Made by a program: the position numbers and the translations under genes. A stretch of 59,421 bases of DNA, counting the filler, from Porpidia crustulata (Eukaryota), in the NCBI GenBank assembly GCA_964255105.1. It is 7 parts of 7 records of this genome, joined end to end, with 100 filler letters (N's around TTAATTAATTAA, not from the genome) between each part and the next. Parts side by side here need not be neighbours in the genome. Positions count along the whole stretch, not along the records: positions 1 to 8,426 come from CAXUWE010001122.1; positions 8,527 to 16,951 come from CAXUWE010001123.1; 5 more parts are not named here. One strand, 5' to 3'. Positions 1-12,414 of this stretch are shown piece after piece. Below the pieces are notes generated by a model. It saw only the letters and a program-made list of their open reading frames with translations, did not search any database and was not told the origin of the DNA. Each line of letters starts with the position of its first letter. Within the stretch, counting starts at the first letter, position 1.

Positions 1-150
1 GGATTTGGGATTTGAGGTTGGTTGTATTGAAGTCAAAGAAAAGGGTTGTGAGATGCATGAGTTGGGCTTTGTTTACCAAAATCAGTGGAAGTGGTGAGTC
101 TTGATTGCTTGGGGTGATTCCCAGGTTTGCCATGCTCTATGAATTGCGAA

Positions 151-1813
151 CTACGCGTTCTCCTTGGTCGTAGCCTCGTACCTGGGAATAAATTAGTCGC
201 TGTCCATGACAATCACTCAAACACACCAGAACATACCTCTTCCCCCTAAACGCCCATACCCCCCCATTGCCACAACTCACATCCGTCGGATCGTTATCAT
301 TCAGGTCCCACCTTAAACTCCGAAATCGATTCTCCCCGGGTTCCAACAATAANNNNNNNNNNTCCATCTCCCCTCCGACATGTTTCTCTACCCATCGCCG
401 GTCGCGCTCCATATCCCATTCTGTATACCCCGTGCAGATGATCGGGACTTTTGTGGATAATAGTTGAGGTATGGTCTCTTCCCACTCGTGCGAACTGGCC
501 GGATGACCTATGCCAGGGTGGAAAAGCACGAAGCAGTCAAAGTATGGGTCGTAAGGGTAAAAGTGTCCGGCTTTATGCAAGGTGTGGTAATAGTCTACAA
601 AGGTGCTTATCTTCATATCGTCACTCACCCTATCTTCGACGACCGCACCAAAGGGGTTTTCGGGAACCCGCTGCGGAAGAGGGAATTCCGAGTCTCGGTT
701 TGCCATGCTTTCCGGGCCGATGAAGATGAGGTGGAATGCGACACGGGGGAACATGTGGGTGAGTTGAACCCAAGCTGCGCGCGGCAGCGAGGACTCGGCA
801 CGGGCGCCAAGGACGAAGATACGAACGGGAGGAGGGCTAAGGCGGATTCCGGCAATATCGGAGCCAGCGCCGGTGCGGGGCGGGTGGAGTGTGTAGCGGA
901 GGGCTTGGAAAAGCATGGTCAGTATAGGCTCGAGGAATTCAGTGATGGATAACGAACCGCTTAGACTCTTAAGGCCTTCGGCTGTGAGGCGGCCTCCACG
1001 ACGCATGTTGTATGGACTTAGTTCATGGAGGACGGTGCCGATAGTCACTGGATAGGTGAGGAGCCGGGTAACTTGACGCATACTTCTCACTTCATCATTG
1101 GCATAGTACGCTTGAGTATACATGTACGTATCCCAGTTTGTCAGATTAGGCAACGCCTCCTCCATTTGTGGGTCGGCGTAGGCGAACTCGGGGAAAAATC
1201 GTTTGGATCGGAGGTCATGGTCGTCTTCGTTGATCTCCCGAAGTATTTCACATACATCCATGTGCGCTTCATAATCATCTGCCCAATGTTCCTCCGAACA
1301 TGAGACTGGGATCCCACAGTCTGGACATTCGAATCGAACATGTGCAGGCGGTAGATTGGCTGGGTCTGTACTTTTCCTTGCCTCTGGATCATGGGGCGCT
1401 GTGGGTAGACGTGTCATGTTATGGCTGGGATGCGGACAGTATGCGTGCATCTTCATAAAGGTCGCTCGACGCCGCATGTCCGGCAACGGCGATTCCGAAA
1501 GGGGATGGAAGAGGTTGTTTGGTTCAAGAAGTGGCGGATCGAGTTTAGTTGGGTATTCAAGACCCGGGGGAACCTGTAGTATTGGCGACTCATTCCTGAA
1601 ATACGGCTCATTGGACTCGGGAGTCCTCAATGTACGTCGTTGTTGAGCACTTGATCGTACTGGGGATGGTTTGGTAGCTCTCAAATTCCATGGTGTAGTT
1701 GTAGACCTCCATTTGCGATCGACTTTGAGCGACTTCGATAGTGATGGAGTGCCACATCTGGTCACATTTCTCAGACTGTTCAAACATCTCTGGCAAGTGA
1801 ACCCAGACTGCAT
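151..1813 (-). CDS. MSS51: Mitochondrial COX1 translational activator / mRNA-processing protein Mss51
   Basis: R/S/K-rich N-terminus resembling a mitochondrial presequence, FECPDCGIPVSCSEEHWADD zinc-binding motif, and GARAESSLP and FHPGIGHP motifs. In-frame intron 957-904 and intron 236-182 give the C-terminus GKRYEATTKENA* (TAG at 151-153). A small N gap lies at 353-362. Confidence 0.9.
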
Positions 1814-2050
1814 TTCGTGTTGAAGTTGAACGATTGAGGGGACTGGGGGACTTGACGTTGATAGTGTCTAATCAGCACCGGGTAATCTTTTCGCCGAGTC
1901 GAAAGGTCAAACATCTCAGCGAGCCAGCCAAATTGAATACTTATGAAGCTTTTGACCTGCTGAACACCGACGTGCCAGTCATAGTAGCGATCTAAGAATA
2001 TCTAAGAAGATTCAGGAGGGCTTCAGGCCTTCGATCTAACGAGTAAAGCC
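1814..2050. promoter_or_regulatory. Compact bidirectional promoter region between MSS51 and RSE1
   Basis: Only 237 bp separate the two divergent start codons. Confidence 0.6.
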
Positions 2051-5000
2051 ATGGCGACTACCTCTTCAATGTTCATGTACTCGCTCACCATCCAGCCTCC
2101 AACTTCGATCACACAAGCTATACTTGGGCAATTCGCAGGTACGAAAGAGCAACAAATAGTGACGGCGTCAGGATCGCGAATCACCATACATAGGCCAGAT
2201 CCTACACAGGGAAAGATTACGACCATGCTTTCCCACGACGTCTTTGGCATAATACGAACCTTGGCGGCTTTTAGGTTAGCCGGTAGTAATAAAGGTATGT
2301 TCTCGTCTGGAAGCCCTGGAATGTACACTTAGTGATTTTTGAAGAATGTGGTTCAAGCCGAGTACCACAGCAGGAGTATTGTCTGGAAGCGATGCTCCTC
2401 TGGGCAAAAGAGACATGGAAGAATTATACTGAGACTCTATTCTAGATTTCATCATTATAGGTTCCGACTCCGGGAGAATAACCATCATCGAATATGTTCC
2501 CTCGCAGAATCGATTCAACCGGCTGCATCTCGAGACTTTCGGTAAATCTGGGATTCGTCGAGTGATACCAGGTCAATACCTTGCGGTGGATCCAAAGGGT
2601 AGGGCATGCCTGATAGCATCGATTGAGAAGAATAAACTTGTCTACGTTCTAAATCGGAATGCACAGGCTGAGTTGACGATCTCCTCTCCTCTCGAAGCGC
2701 ACAAGCCTCAAACTCTGGTATTTGCTTTAGTCGGTTTGGATGTTGGATACGAGAATCCGGTGTTTGCGGCGCTTGAGGTAGACTACACCGAATGCGATCA
2801 AGATCCTACAGGGCAAGCCTACGAAGATTTGGAAAAGTCGCTTGTATATTACGAATTAGATCTGGGTCTTAATCATGTTGTACGTAAGTGGAGCGAGTCT
2901 GTGGATCGCACGGCAACGATGCTTCTCCAAGTTCCGGGGGGCGCCGACGGACCTAGTGGTGTACTCGTGTGCGGGCTGGATAACATCACTTATAGACATT
3001 CGAATCAGGAGGCCTTTCGTGTGCCAATACCGAGGCGAAGAGGAGCGACCGAGAATCCCGAGCGAAAACGGTTCATTATCTCGGGAGTCATGCACCGAAT
3101 GCGAGGAGCTTTCTTCTTCTTGCTTCAAAGTGAGGACGGTGACCTTTTCAAGGTTACGCTTGATATGGTAGAAGATGATAACGGCCAAATAACTGGAGAA
3201 GTCAAGAAGTTGAAGATTAAATACTTTGACACTGTGCCTGTAGCCTCAAATCTGTGCATTCTGAAAAGCGGTTTCTTGTTCGTTGCAAGCGAAACTGGAA
3301 ATCATCACTTCTATCAATTTGAGAAGCTTGGAGATGACGACAATGAAACCGAGTTTGACAGTGATGCTTTCCCTACCGACCCACTGGAGCCTTATACTCC
3401 TGTATACTTTCATCCTCGGGCAGCTGAGAACCTGAATTTGGTCGAGAGCATTGACTCCATGAGTCCCCAACTTGACTGCAAAGTCGCCAATCTCACGAAC
3501 GAGGATGCGCCTCAAATTTACTCCATCTGCGGAAGTGGTGCTCGGAGTACATTCCGGACGCTTAAACATGGCTTGGAAGTCAACGACATCGTTGATTCCG
3601 AGTTGCCCCAGATTCCTACTGCTGTTTGGACTACAAAGATCACTCGAACGGATGAATATGATTCTTACATCGTTCTTTCTTTCAAAGAAGGCACACTGGT
3701 TCTTGGCATTGGAGAAACGGTGGAGGAGGTCACTGACACAGGTTTCCTATCAACTGCGCCAACACTAGCTGTCCAGCAGCTGGGTGAAGATGCCTTGATC
3801 CAAGTCCATCCCAAGGGCATCCGACATATTCGTGCCGACAGACGGGTTAATGAGTGGCCTGCGCCGATGCATAGATCAATAGTTGCGGCAACCACAAACG
3901 AACGCCAAGTGGCCGCGGCTCTAAGTTCTGGTGAGATAGTTTACTTTGAAATGGACTCTGATGGTTCACTTGCCGAGTACGACGAGAAACGCGAAATGAG
4001 TGGAACAGTGACATGTTTAAGTCTCGGAGAAGTCCCCGAAGGCCGAGTGCGGAGTCAATTTCTGGCTGTCGGTTGTGATGATTCAACTGTTAGGATCCTC
4101 AGCCTCGATCCTGATTCTACGTTAGAGAACAAATCCGTCCAAGCTCTTACCTCTGCACCCAGCGCTCTTACGATCATGGCCATGGCTGATTCAACGTCTG
4201 GTGGATCGGCGCTTTACCTGCACATCGGATTATACTCCGGTGTCTATCTGCGCACAGTCTTGGATGAGGTCACTGGCGAGCTCTCCGACACCCGAACCCG
4301 TTTCCTCGGCCCAAAGCCTGCTAAACTATTCCGAGCTTCTGTCAAAGGTCAGGCGGCTGTGCTTGCCTTGAGCTCACGCCCGTGGCTTGGCTACTCTGAT
4401 CCATTAACAAAAGGCTTCAAACTCACTCCGCTGGACTATGTCGAATTAGGATGGGCCTCAAATTTTAGTAGTGAGCAATGCATGGAGGGCATGGTAGGAA
4501 TCCAGGGCCAGAACCTGAGGTGAGATGACTCCTATGGTTACTCAATTATTTCTACAATGATGATCAAATTGTTTCTCCTTTTTCCTACGTCAACCACGAC
4601 GATGAGGATAAACAAGTTTTAATTCCAATTGTTCCTTCTGAGAAACAACGTTATTATTATGATCCTAGAATCGTTTTCCGAAATGTGCAAATTCTAATAG
4701 GAAGCACAGGATTTTCAGCATTGAGAAACTGGGTAGCAATTTACTACAACAAACAATACCGCTAACGTATACCCCCCGAAAGTTCGTTCGCCACCCAGAG
4801 CAGCCTTTATTCTACATTATTGAATCCGAAAATAATACACTCTCTCCGTCGAATAGGGATCGCCTCCTCAATAGTACCACTGTCGTCAATGGAGATGGAG
4901 TAGTGCTACCACCAGACGAATTTGGCTATCCCCGCGCTCAGGGTCATTGGGCATCATGCATATCTGTTGTCGACCCAATAAATGCAAAAGACGTTCTCCA

Positions 5001-6126
5001 AAAGATAGATCTTGACGACAACGAAGCAGCAGTCAGCATAGCAGCGGTATCTTTCTCAAGTCAGGATGACGAGACTTTCCTGGTGGTTGGTACAGGAAAA
5101 GATATAATCGTAAGTCCACGGTCGTTCAGTGCTGGGTTCATCCATGTGTATCGATTCCTCGAGGACGGCAAGGAATTAGAATTCATACACAAAACAAAAA
5201 TCGAAGAACCGCCACAATCAGTACTTGGCTTTCAAGGGCGGCTTCTTGCCGGCATTGGTACTGAACTTCGTATCTACGACCTCGGTCTGAAACAATTACT
5301 TCGGAAATGTCAAGCACAAGTCGCGTCCAACCTAATCGTCGGCCTACAAACGCAAGGTAGTCGAATCATAGTCAGTGACGTACAAGACAGCGTCACCTAC
5401 GTCGTCTATAAGTACCAAGAGAACCGACTTATTCCATTCGCAGATGACGTTATCGCCAGATGGATGACCTGCACGACAATGGTCGATTATGAAACGGTCG
5501 CCGGGGGCGACAAATTTGGCAATCTATGGCTACTACGATGTCCTCAAAAAGCTTCCGAAGAAGCCGACGAGGACGGCTCCGGCGCTCATCTCGTCCATGA
5601 ACGGCAGTACCTTCAAGGTGCACCTAACAGGACTTCATTGATGTGCCATTTCTTCCCGCAAGACGTGCCAACAAGTGTCCAGAAGACCCAACTCGTTGCT
5701 GGTGGTAGAGATGTGCTAGTGTGGACGGGTTTACAAGGTACCCTAGGAATCCTAGTGCCTTTCGTCAGCAGAGAAGATGTGGATTTTTTCCAGACGCTGG
5801 AGCAGCATTTGAGGAGTGAAGATGCCCCACTGGCAGGCAGAGATCATCTGATTTACCGGAGTTATTACGTTCCCGTGAAAGGCGTGATAGATGGTGACTG
5901 TAAGTGCTCCATTCTTTTCGTAGACAGCTACACTTTCTAATGGTTTCAAGTGTGCGAGCGATATGCTCTGTTGCCTAATGATAAAAAGCAGATGATTGCT
6001 GGGGAGCTGGATAGGTCTGTCCGGGAGATTGAGCGAAAGATATCCGTATAGTTCAAAGAAGTCATACCCTTCCAGACGCAAAGACTAATGAATTTTTAGG
6101 ATATGCGGACCAGGGTGGCGTACTGA
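2051..6126 (+). CDS. RSE1: Pre-mRNA splicing factor Rse1 (SF3B3/SAP130, U2 snRNP)
   Basis: Starts [18 protein letters not shown], contains [25 protein letters not shown], and ends [15 protein letters not shown]...DMRTRVAY*. Introns at 2295-2445, 4520-4709, about 5900-5950 and about 6046-6099. Confidence 0.96.
4549..4645 (+). ncRNA. Intronic box C/D snoRNA predicted to guide 18S rRNA Am541 (snR41/U62-like)
   Basis: Box C ATGATGA at 4557-4563, box D CTGA at 4638-4641, terminal stem TTTC/GAAA, and a C'-like ATGAGGA. The 13-nt guide TCCAATTGTTCCT just upstream of box D is complementary to the conserved 18S sequence AGGAACAAUUGGA. It lies in an unusually long (190 nt) RSE1 intron. Confidence 0.8.
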
Positions 6127-7179
6127 TCCATTCATATAATTACACCTAGCATGAATAAGAGAGCCGACTTCAGAGATACCCAAACGACTATAGTACCGTA
6201 CCCCCATTCTCGTGATCCCCACACCACTATTCACTCACAATTTACTACTTTACTGTCTTCTTCCTCGCTCGATCTTCCGTTTACCCATCGCTTGATCTTG
6301 AGCTGGATATTCACGTCGATCTCAGATGTACGAGAACATGGGACTAGATTGATTCCCAACAGTCATGAGTACGAGATCGTCTTTGTATCTTCAAGGCGAA
6401 TCACCGTAATTTACTTATTGGAACAATACTCACGCTTACAGGCTCTGCTATGTGATTGAATGGGAGCGTCTCCAGAACATCGTGAGAATCCATAGAAACG
6501 CATTGATGTAGTGAAATCGTGGGTTTCTGTGAAGAAAGCTCAAGGCTCCTTATCTCCTTACTTTTCTACTCATTTATCTATATTCAGATCGACTACCAAC
6601 TTTTGATGTACGTTGGTTAAGCACACTTGTGGCGGGGCTTACGCAGGTTTCTTTTCAAAGACCATCGACACCTATCGTGATCGACAGTGGAGAATAGAGC
6701 AGCTGATAAGAAGGCTACGGGATGGAATGGGTTTGAACTTGAGCATGATCCCTTGGCTCTGCAATGGCTACAACGGAGGTGCAGTTCACAAACCTGATGA
6801 GGCATCATTGTACAGTTTTCTATCGCCCCGTGGATAGCACTGACCTCTAAGAGTGGACCTTGATCTCCACCCAGGCTGGCCAAGTGATCAATTGCTTCTG
6901 CTCCTTACTCAAGTGTCGTCCCTTGCTGTGAAGACGACGCCAACAATGTGACAACCAGCTAAGCGTTTTTCCATAACCTCATTTGAATGTCCTCTAAATC
7001 GTTACATCAGACTGCCCGTTTGTTCGGGAATGATGAGTACTACTATTATCCCCTACTTACATTCACCTTAAACCTCAATCTTCTAATCTTAGCATTGAAA
7101 CATTCACTCGTCTTGCTCAAGGTATAAAATCACTTCTCGGCTACAGACTCTTTCTCGCGCACAATAGGACAGCTCTGCA

Positions 7180-8224
7180 ATGACATCAATTACCTGGCTT
7201 ATCACCGGTTGTTCCTCTGGCTTTGGAGAAATTTTCGTCCACCGTCTCCTTGCTCGCGGTGATCATGTTATTGCAACTGGTCGTAATGCTTCCGAGCGTC
7301 TCGGTCACCTCAAGGCTATTGGTGCGAGAATCCTAGACCTAGATATCACTGAGCCGCAGGAGATTCTCAATATCAAGATGGAAGAGGCGATTGGGTTCTT
7401 CGGTGGCATTGATGTGCTGGTGAACAATGCTGGCTACATAGAACTAGGTTTAGCAGAAGAAGTGAGGTATGTCAACTTCTGGAGACACTCGTGCTTGACA
7501 ACTGGGCCGCCAGTGAACGTGAAATGTGTGGATGTTTTCAAAGAAGCTTGGGAGATCTGACACAGCGTACAGCCATGAGAGTTGGTTGAATCAGATCAAC
7601 ACCAACTTCTTCGGCGCGGTCAACATGACCCGAGCCATTCTTATCCACTTCCGCAAAAGAGGATCCGGAAAGATTGTCTTCATTGGCTCTTACGTGGGAT
7701 GGTGTGGTGAATTAGGATCGGCTCCATACAGCACGTCCAAATTTGCGCTGGAAGGTCTGTTCCCTCATTTCTGACCCCTTACTGGAAAATTACACTTATT
7801 TACTAGATGAGCCACAGGCTACGTCGAGTGCCTGCAGAAAGAGGTATCGGACCTTGGCATTCAATCAATCATCTTCGAACCTGGTAGCTATCGCACCAAT
7901 CTCCTCACTACGCAGAACCGTCGATTGACGCTGTCCACGCACGCAGACTACAAACCCGTTTTTGCGGCCTTGATGGCGGGTGTTCAGAGCGTGGAAGGAC
8001 GCCAAGGCGGCGACCCTGTGGAGTGCGTAGAGCGCATGATCGATGTGGTCAAACTGGATGGCATGGCCGCGGGGAGACGGATGCCCAAGAGGCTACCGCT
8101 AGGACGGTATGCCATGGACTGTGTGAAAGCCAAGTGCTTGGACACTTTGAGGCTTTGCGAGGAGTGGGAGGATGTGATTTGCAGCACGGAAAGAGGACCC
8201 GAGAACGGTGGGAATAAGGGTTAG
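7180..8224 (+). CDS. Short-chain dehydrogenase/reductase
   Basis: TWLITGCSSGFG, VNNAG and catalytic YSTSK motifs. Introns at about 7467-7572 and 7755-7818. Confidence 0.88.
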
Positions 8225-8426
8225 GGTTCAGATGATATCACTCTCTAGACGAGCTCGCTTGAGGGAAACGCTACTGTTTTTTCGGTGGTCGAATACGTCT
8301 GGTTTGAGCTGATGCAATCGAGCCCGTCCGTCGAGTTTATACACCCGGAGACATCATTGCCTGCTTGATACCAATCAATCTAAATCAATCATCTGGTTAA
8401 CTAACACTCCATTACCCCCCTAACCC

Positions 8427-8526
8427 NNNNNNNNNNNNNNNNNNNNNNNNNNNNNNNNNNNNNNNNNNNNTTAATTAATTAANNNNNNNNNNNNNNNNNN
8501 NNNNNNNNNNNNNNNNNNNNNNNNNN
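8427..8526. other. Artificial contig-joining spacer
   Basis: 100 nt of N-run + TTAATTAATTAA (stops in all six frames) + N-run. Confidence 0.97.
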
Positions 8527-9226
8527 CCCATGGTGTAGGGTCACCCCCCTGCCTGTTAGGTACCGGAATCTTATCTGCATTCTAATTAGGCTGCATTTCA
8601 AGCAATACGACGATCAATCCATACGGCAGTCAGGGTAGACAATTGTCGGAGAAAACGAACGCGGTTACTCCCTCCTATACGCCTGGACGCCGGTGCAAGA
8701 TCTAAGACGAGCTTCTATGACAAGATAAAAAGCAAAAAAAACAATCGAACTTAGGGAAAACAGGCGAAACTCCAATTTCCATCCCGTGTTGACTTCTATT
8801 CCTTCCCCGCCCAACTGTTTCCGACTCAGGGCTCGTTCTCGCAGAATAGATTATGGCTTGCTTGCCTACGCCGCCTCAATGCAGTGAAGACATCGCTAAC
8901 TCGATATGGAGTCGGAGTTCATCCCTACCCTCATGGCATCCGCGAGATTCAGAATCCGGAAGATGTGCTGATTGCTGACCCGAGGCAACGAATTCGATTC
9001 TAAAAGTCTAAGGCTGACGAGCTCCGGAGACTGAATTAAGAGAGCGTTCGAACGAACGCACGTATAAATATACTCGTCTTCTCTACCAGGAGAGAAGGCA
9101 GTTGACTTCAAGCTTCTCCCGTTGCAGCCCCATTTTCAATTCTTCATTGCAGAAGCCCCCTTCTTTGTTTAGGACAAGAGCTTCCTCTGGATCTTGACAT
9201 ATCTTTGCCCTCGTTTCTCAATCGAC

Positions 9227-11187
9227 ATGTTCAACAAAGGCTTCAAAGCCGCCTTTGCTGCATCTCTGGCCGCTCACGTCCAGGGGTCAACTTTTGGTTC
9301 GTCTTTTGGAGTCCCTGGAGATAATGTGACATATGATTACCTTGTCGTTGGTGGCGGCAACGCCGGCCTCACGATTGCCGCGAGATTGGTAGAGCAGAGC
9401 GCTGGTACCGTTGCAATCATCGAGGCCGGCTCATTCTACGAGATCGGCAACGGAAATTTGAGCCAAGTGCCAAGTACAGACGGCTTCTTTGCTGGCAAAA
9501 GCCACCATGACTTCCAACCTTTAATTGACTGGGGATACGACACCACCCCTCAAGTGGTAAGTGCTATATCCGCGACAACAAAAAGCACATTGCTAATGTC
9601 AAGTCCAGGGGGCTTTGAATGAGTCGCTTCATTACGCTCGTGGTAAAACTTTGGGAGGTTGCACTGCCAGGAACTTCATGGTCTATCAGCGCGGTACCAA
9701 GGGATCATATCAGAATTGGGCAGACGCCGTTGGAGACCAGAGCTACACTTGGGATAATTTTCTCCCGTACTTTCAAAAGAGTGTCAATTTCACACCTCCC
9801 GATACAAACCTCCGATTCGCCAACTCAAGTGTCGAGTATGACGCCAAGGCTGCCAGCGGCAATGGCAATGGTACTCGGCCCCTTCAAGTAACCTTCTCGC
9901 ACTACGCCCAGGCTTTTGGTACATGGGCAACCAAGGGATTCGAACAAATCGGCATACCAGCCATCAAGGGGTTCTTGAGCGGACAATTGAACGGAACTGC
10001 CGTTGGTAGCTTTACTCTGGATGCGGAAACGATGCATCGAGAATCTTCTCAAACATCATTTCTCACCATGGGCCTCAAGCACTCTGGCCTCATCGTCTAC
10101 CCGCTCGCTATGGCCAAGCAGATTCGTTTCGACGCCAATAAAAAGGCCACTGGCGTTATTGTTGAGTCGGGAGGCCTTTCCTATCTCTTATCCGCTAAGA
10201 AGGAGGTGATCTTGAGCGCTGGTGTCTTCGGCTCGCCTCAGATTCTCATGGCTTCTGGAGTTGGCTCTGCAAATACCTTGAAGGGTCTGAACATTCCTGT
10301 TGTCGCCGATAGACCGGCTGTGGGACAAGGCATGCAAGACCATCTGTTCTACGGCATCACGTACCGCGTCAATGCTGTTACCCTCTCCTCACTTGCTTAT
10401 AACGCTACTTTCGCTGCGGAGCAAGCCCAGCTGTACAATGAGCACGCCACCGGCTTGTATTCCAGTCCTAATACTGATTCCATTGCTTGGGAAAAGATCC
10501 CCCACGATCTTCGGAGCAAATGGAGCAAGGAAAGCCAAGCCGCCATGGCTGCCTTTCCCGCTGATTGGCCTGAGGTTGAGTACATCACCATTTCCTCGTA
10601 CTTGGGAAATATGCAGGACTCCAGATCCCCCGGTCCGAATGATGGCTTCAACTACGCCTCCCTGGCAGCCGCACTGGTGGCCCCCCGATCGCGAGGAAAT
10701 ATCACCATCACATCGGCCGACACTAATGTTGCCCCCACCATCAACCCTAATTACTTGACCGAACAATCCGACGTCGATGTCGTGGTGGCTGCTTTCAAGC
10801 GTATTCGTCAATTCTATGCGACCAAAGCCATGCAGGACTTTGTCATTGGTGACGAGTATTTCCCCGGCAAGAACGTGTCGACCGACGCGCAGATTGAGAA
10901 CTTCGTGCGCGGAAACTTCAACACGATTTGGCATGCGACTTCCACGTGTGCTATGGGCCGGCTCAACGACACCAATGCTGTGGTCGATACCCAAGCCAGA
11001 GTCATTGGGGTTCAGGGGCTGCGTGTTGTGGATGCTGCTGCTTTCCCATTCGTGCCACCTGGTCATCCGATGGCCACAATTTGTGAGTCTTTGCTTCCTG
11101 TGCATTTTAGTTCACGGACAATCACTAATACCATGATCAGACGCCCTCGCGGAGAAGATTGCATGTGACATTTCTGGTAAATGCTAA
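9227..11187 (+). CDS. Secreted GMC (glucose-methanol-choline) oxidoreductase
   Basis: Signal peptide MFNKGFKAAFAASLAAHVQG, FAD motif YDYLVVGGGNAG, RGKTLGG, and the catalytic His motifs WHATSTC and GHP. Introns at about 9557-9608 and 11083-11140. Ends YALAEKIACDISGKC*. Confidence 0.92.
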
Positions 11188-12414
11188 GATGAAGGCTTCC
11201 AACAACGGTGATTGGTTACGATGTGAGTATATTACAGAGTAGATTTCGTTTGGTCCCTTCGTATTGTCAACTGTACACCTCCAACCCTTTTATTGTTGAT
11301 GGAACTGCGCCACTGTACAAATCAATCCTGCGCGTCGCAAGGTTTTCTTCTCCTCATGTACTATTGACCGACGCTTAGCACTTTGTATGTCTAGACGATT
11401 GTGTATTAGATAGAATGTTGGTATGTTGGATTTGCTTCGATCGTTCCAAATGAAATGCTACAAACTCTATACAAACATATTGTCAGTATTCCCAATGTCG
11501 TATACAATCATAGAGCTTGCAATGAGCTCATATATCGTCACTAGTAGAATGAAACGATAGCCCCCCTGGTTGAAGGTTACACGACAGGGATTGCACGTGG
11601 TGAGGTGAGTGTACCTAGTTTCCTCATCGGATCGACTGTTCCGCAGCTTGCAGCCTGAAATGTTCCGAGCCGTCCGTCTTCACGGATAAGGTGCTCTAGC
11701 GTATCCAACGCTTTGTAATTACGATGCACTATTACAGTATGTCGATCGGTGCGGCGTTGAGTCAGTTCCATCCTTATTGTACTTCTCGTTCCGTCACGAA
11801 TATCATGGTATCACCCACACGCCAGGGGGTGTCACAAGTCAATGGAGTCGGGGAGTGGGTCCTCGCTTAAGGAAAACAGTGACGTCTGGCACACCTCGGT
11901 GAACCTTATCAGTTATCAGTTATCACCAATTGTGAATTGGTGAATTGGTGAATCACAGATGACAAATGCAGAAATCGGATTCCGCAATCGAATTTAAGCG
12001 AATTCGAATAGCCGAGAACCACGATGATCCGGCAGTGACTTGGAAAAGAACTCCAGTCCTGGATTCCCGGCATATCTGTGGAGTGTGGATGGGAGTTTCT
12101 GACGCCTCGGTGACGAGGGAGAGACCAATGGAACGAGGATCATGGCGTCATTCCCCTTGTCTATTTCCAAAGGGGGGAATATTCGACATAAATGGAGCTG
12201 CCACCCGCGTGCATTAAATATCGTTCGTTATTCCTGCTCGACCTTCCATCACGGGACTAAATAGATAAGTTTTCCTCATCCGGCCGTCTGATTGGATGTT
12301 TGAGATCGCCAAAAAACTAGTCGTCTTGAAAACTTAGATACACCGATTTCGCAAAAACGCGCATTGATGCGGATCCTACTTTTCGAACCTTGACAGTTGC
12401 AGAATATCGACCTC

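Noticed and set aside
253..271. GNGGVW in Mss51, where I recall a Trp in the family motif, as a real substitution
   Set aside because: It falls in a homopolymer run near an N gap and could be a sequencing error. It cannot be judged without reads.
8401..8426. Telomere at the end of contig 1 (CCCTAACCC)
   Set aside because: Only about 1.5 units, in the wrong orientation for a right-hand chromosome end. It may be a MITE-related fragment but no TIR is visible.
8471..8482. TTAATTAATTAA recurring every 8.5 kb or so as a biological repeat or CRISPR-like array
   Set aside because: It is a synthetic six-frame stop linker embedded in Ns.
10389..11105. 238-aa antisense ORF, and similar antisense ORFs over TOR, the SDRs and NRT2
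   Set aside because: Shadow frames produced by the codon bias of well-supported genes on the opposite strand.
11550..11836. Solo LTR or TIR element (CCCCCTGG...CCAGGGGG, ending TGTCACA)
   Set aside because: Only an 8-bp inverted match and no target-site duplication found.
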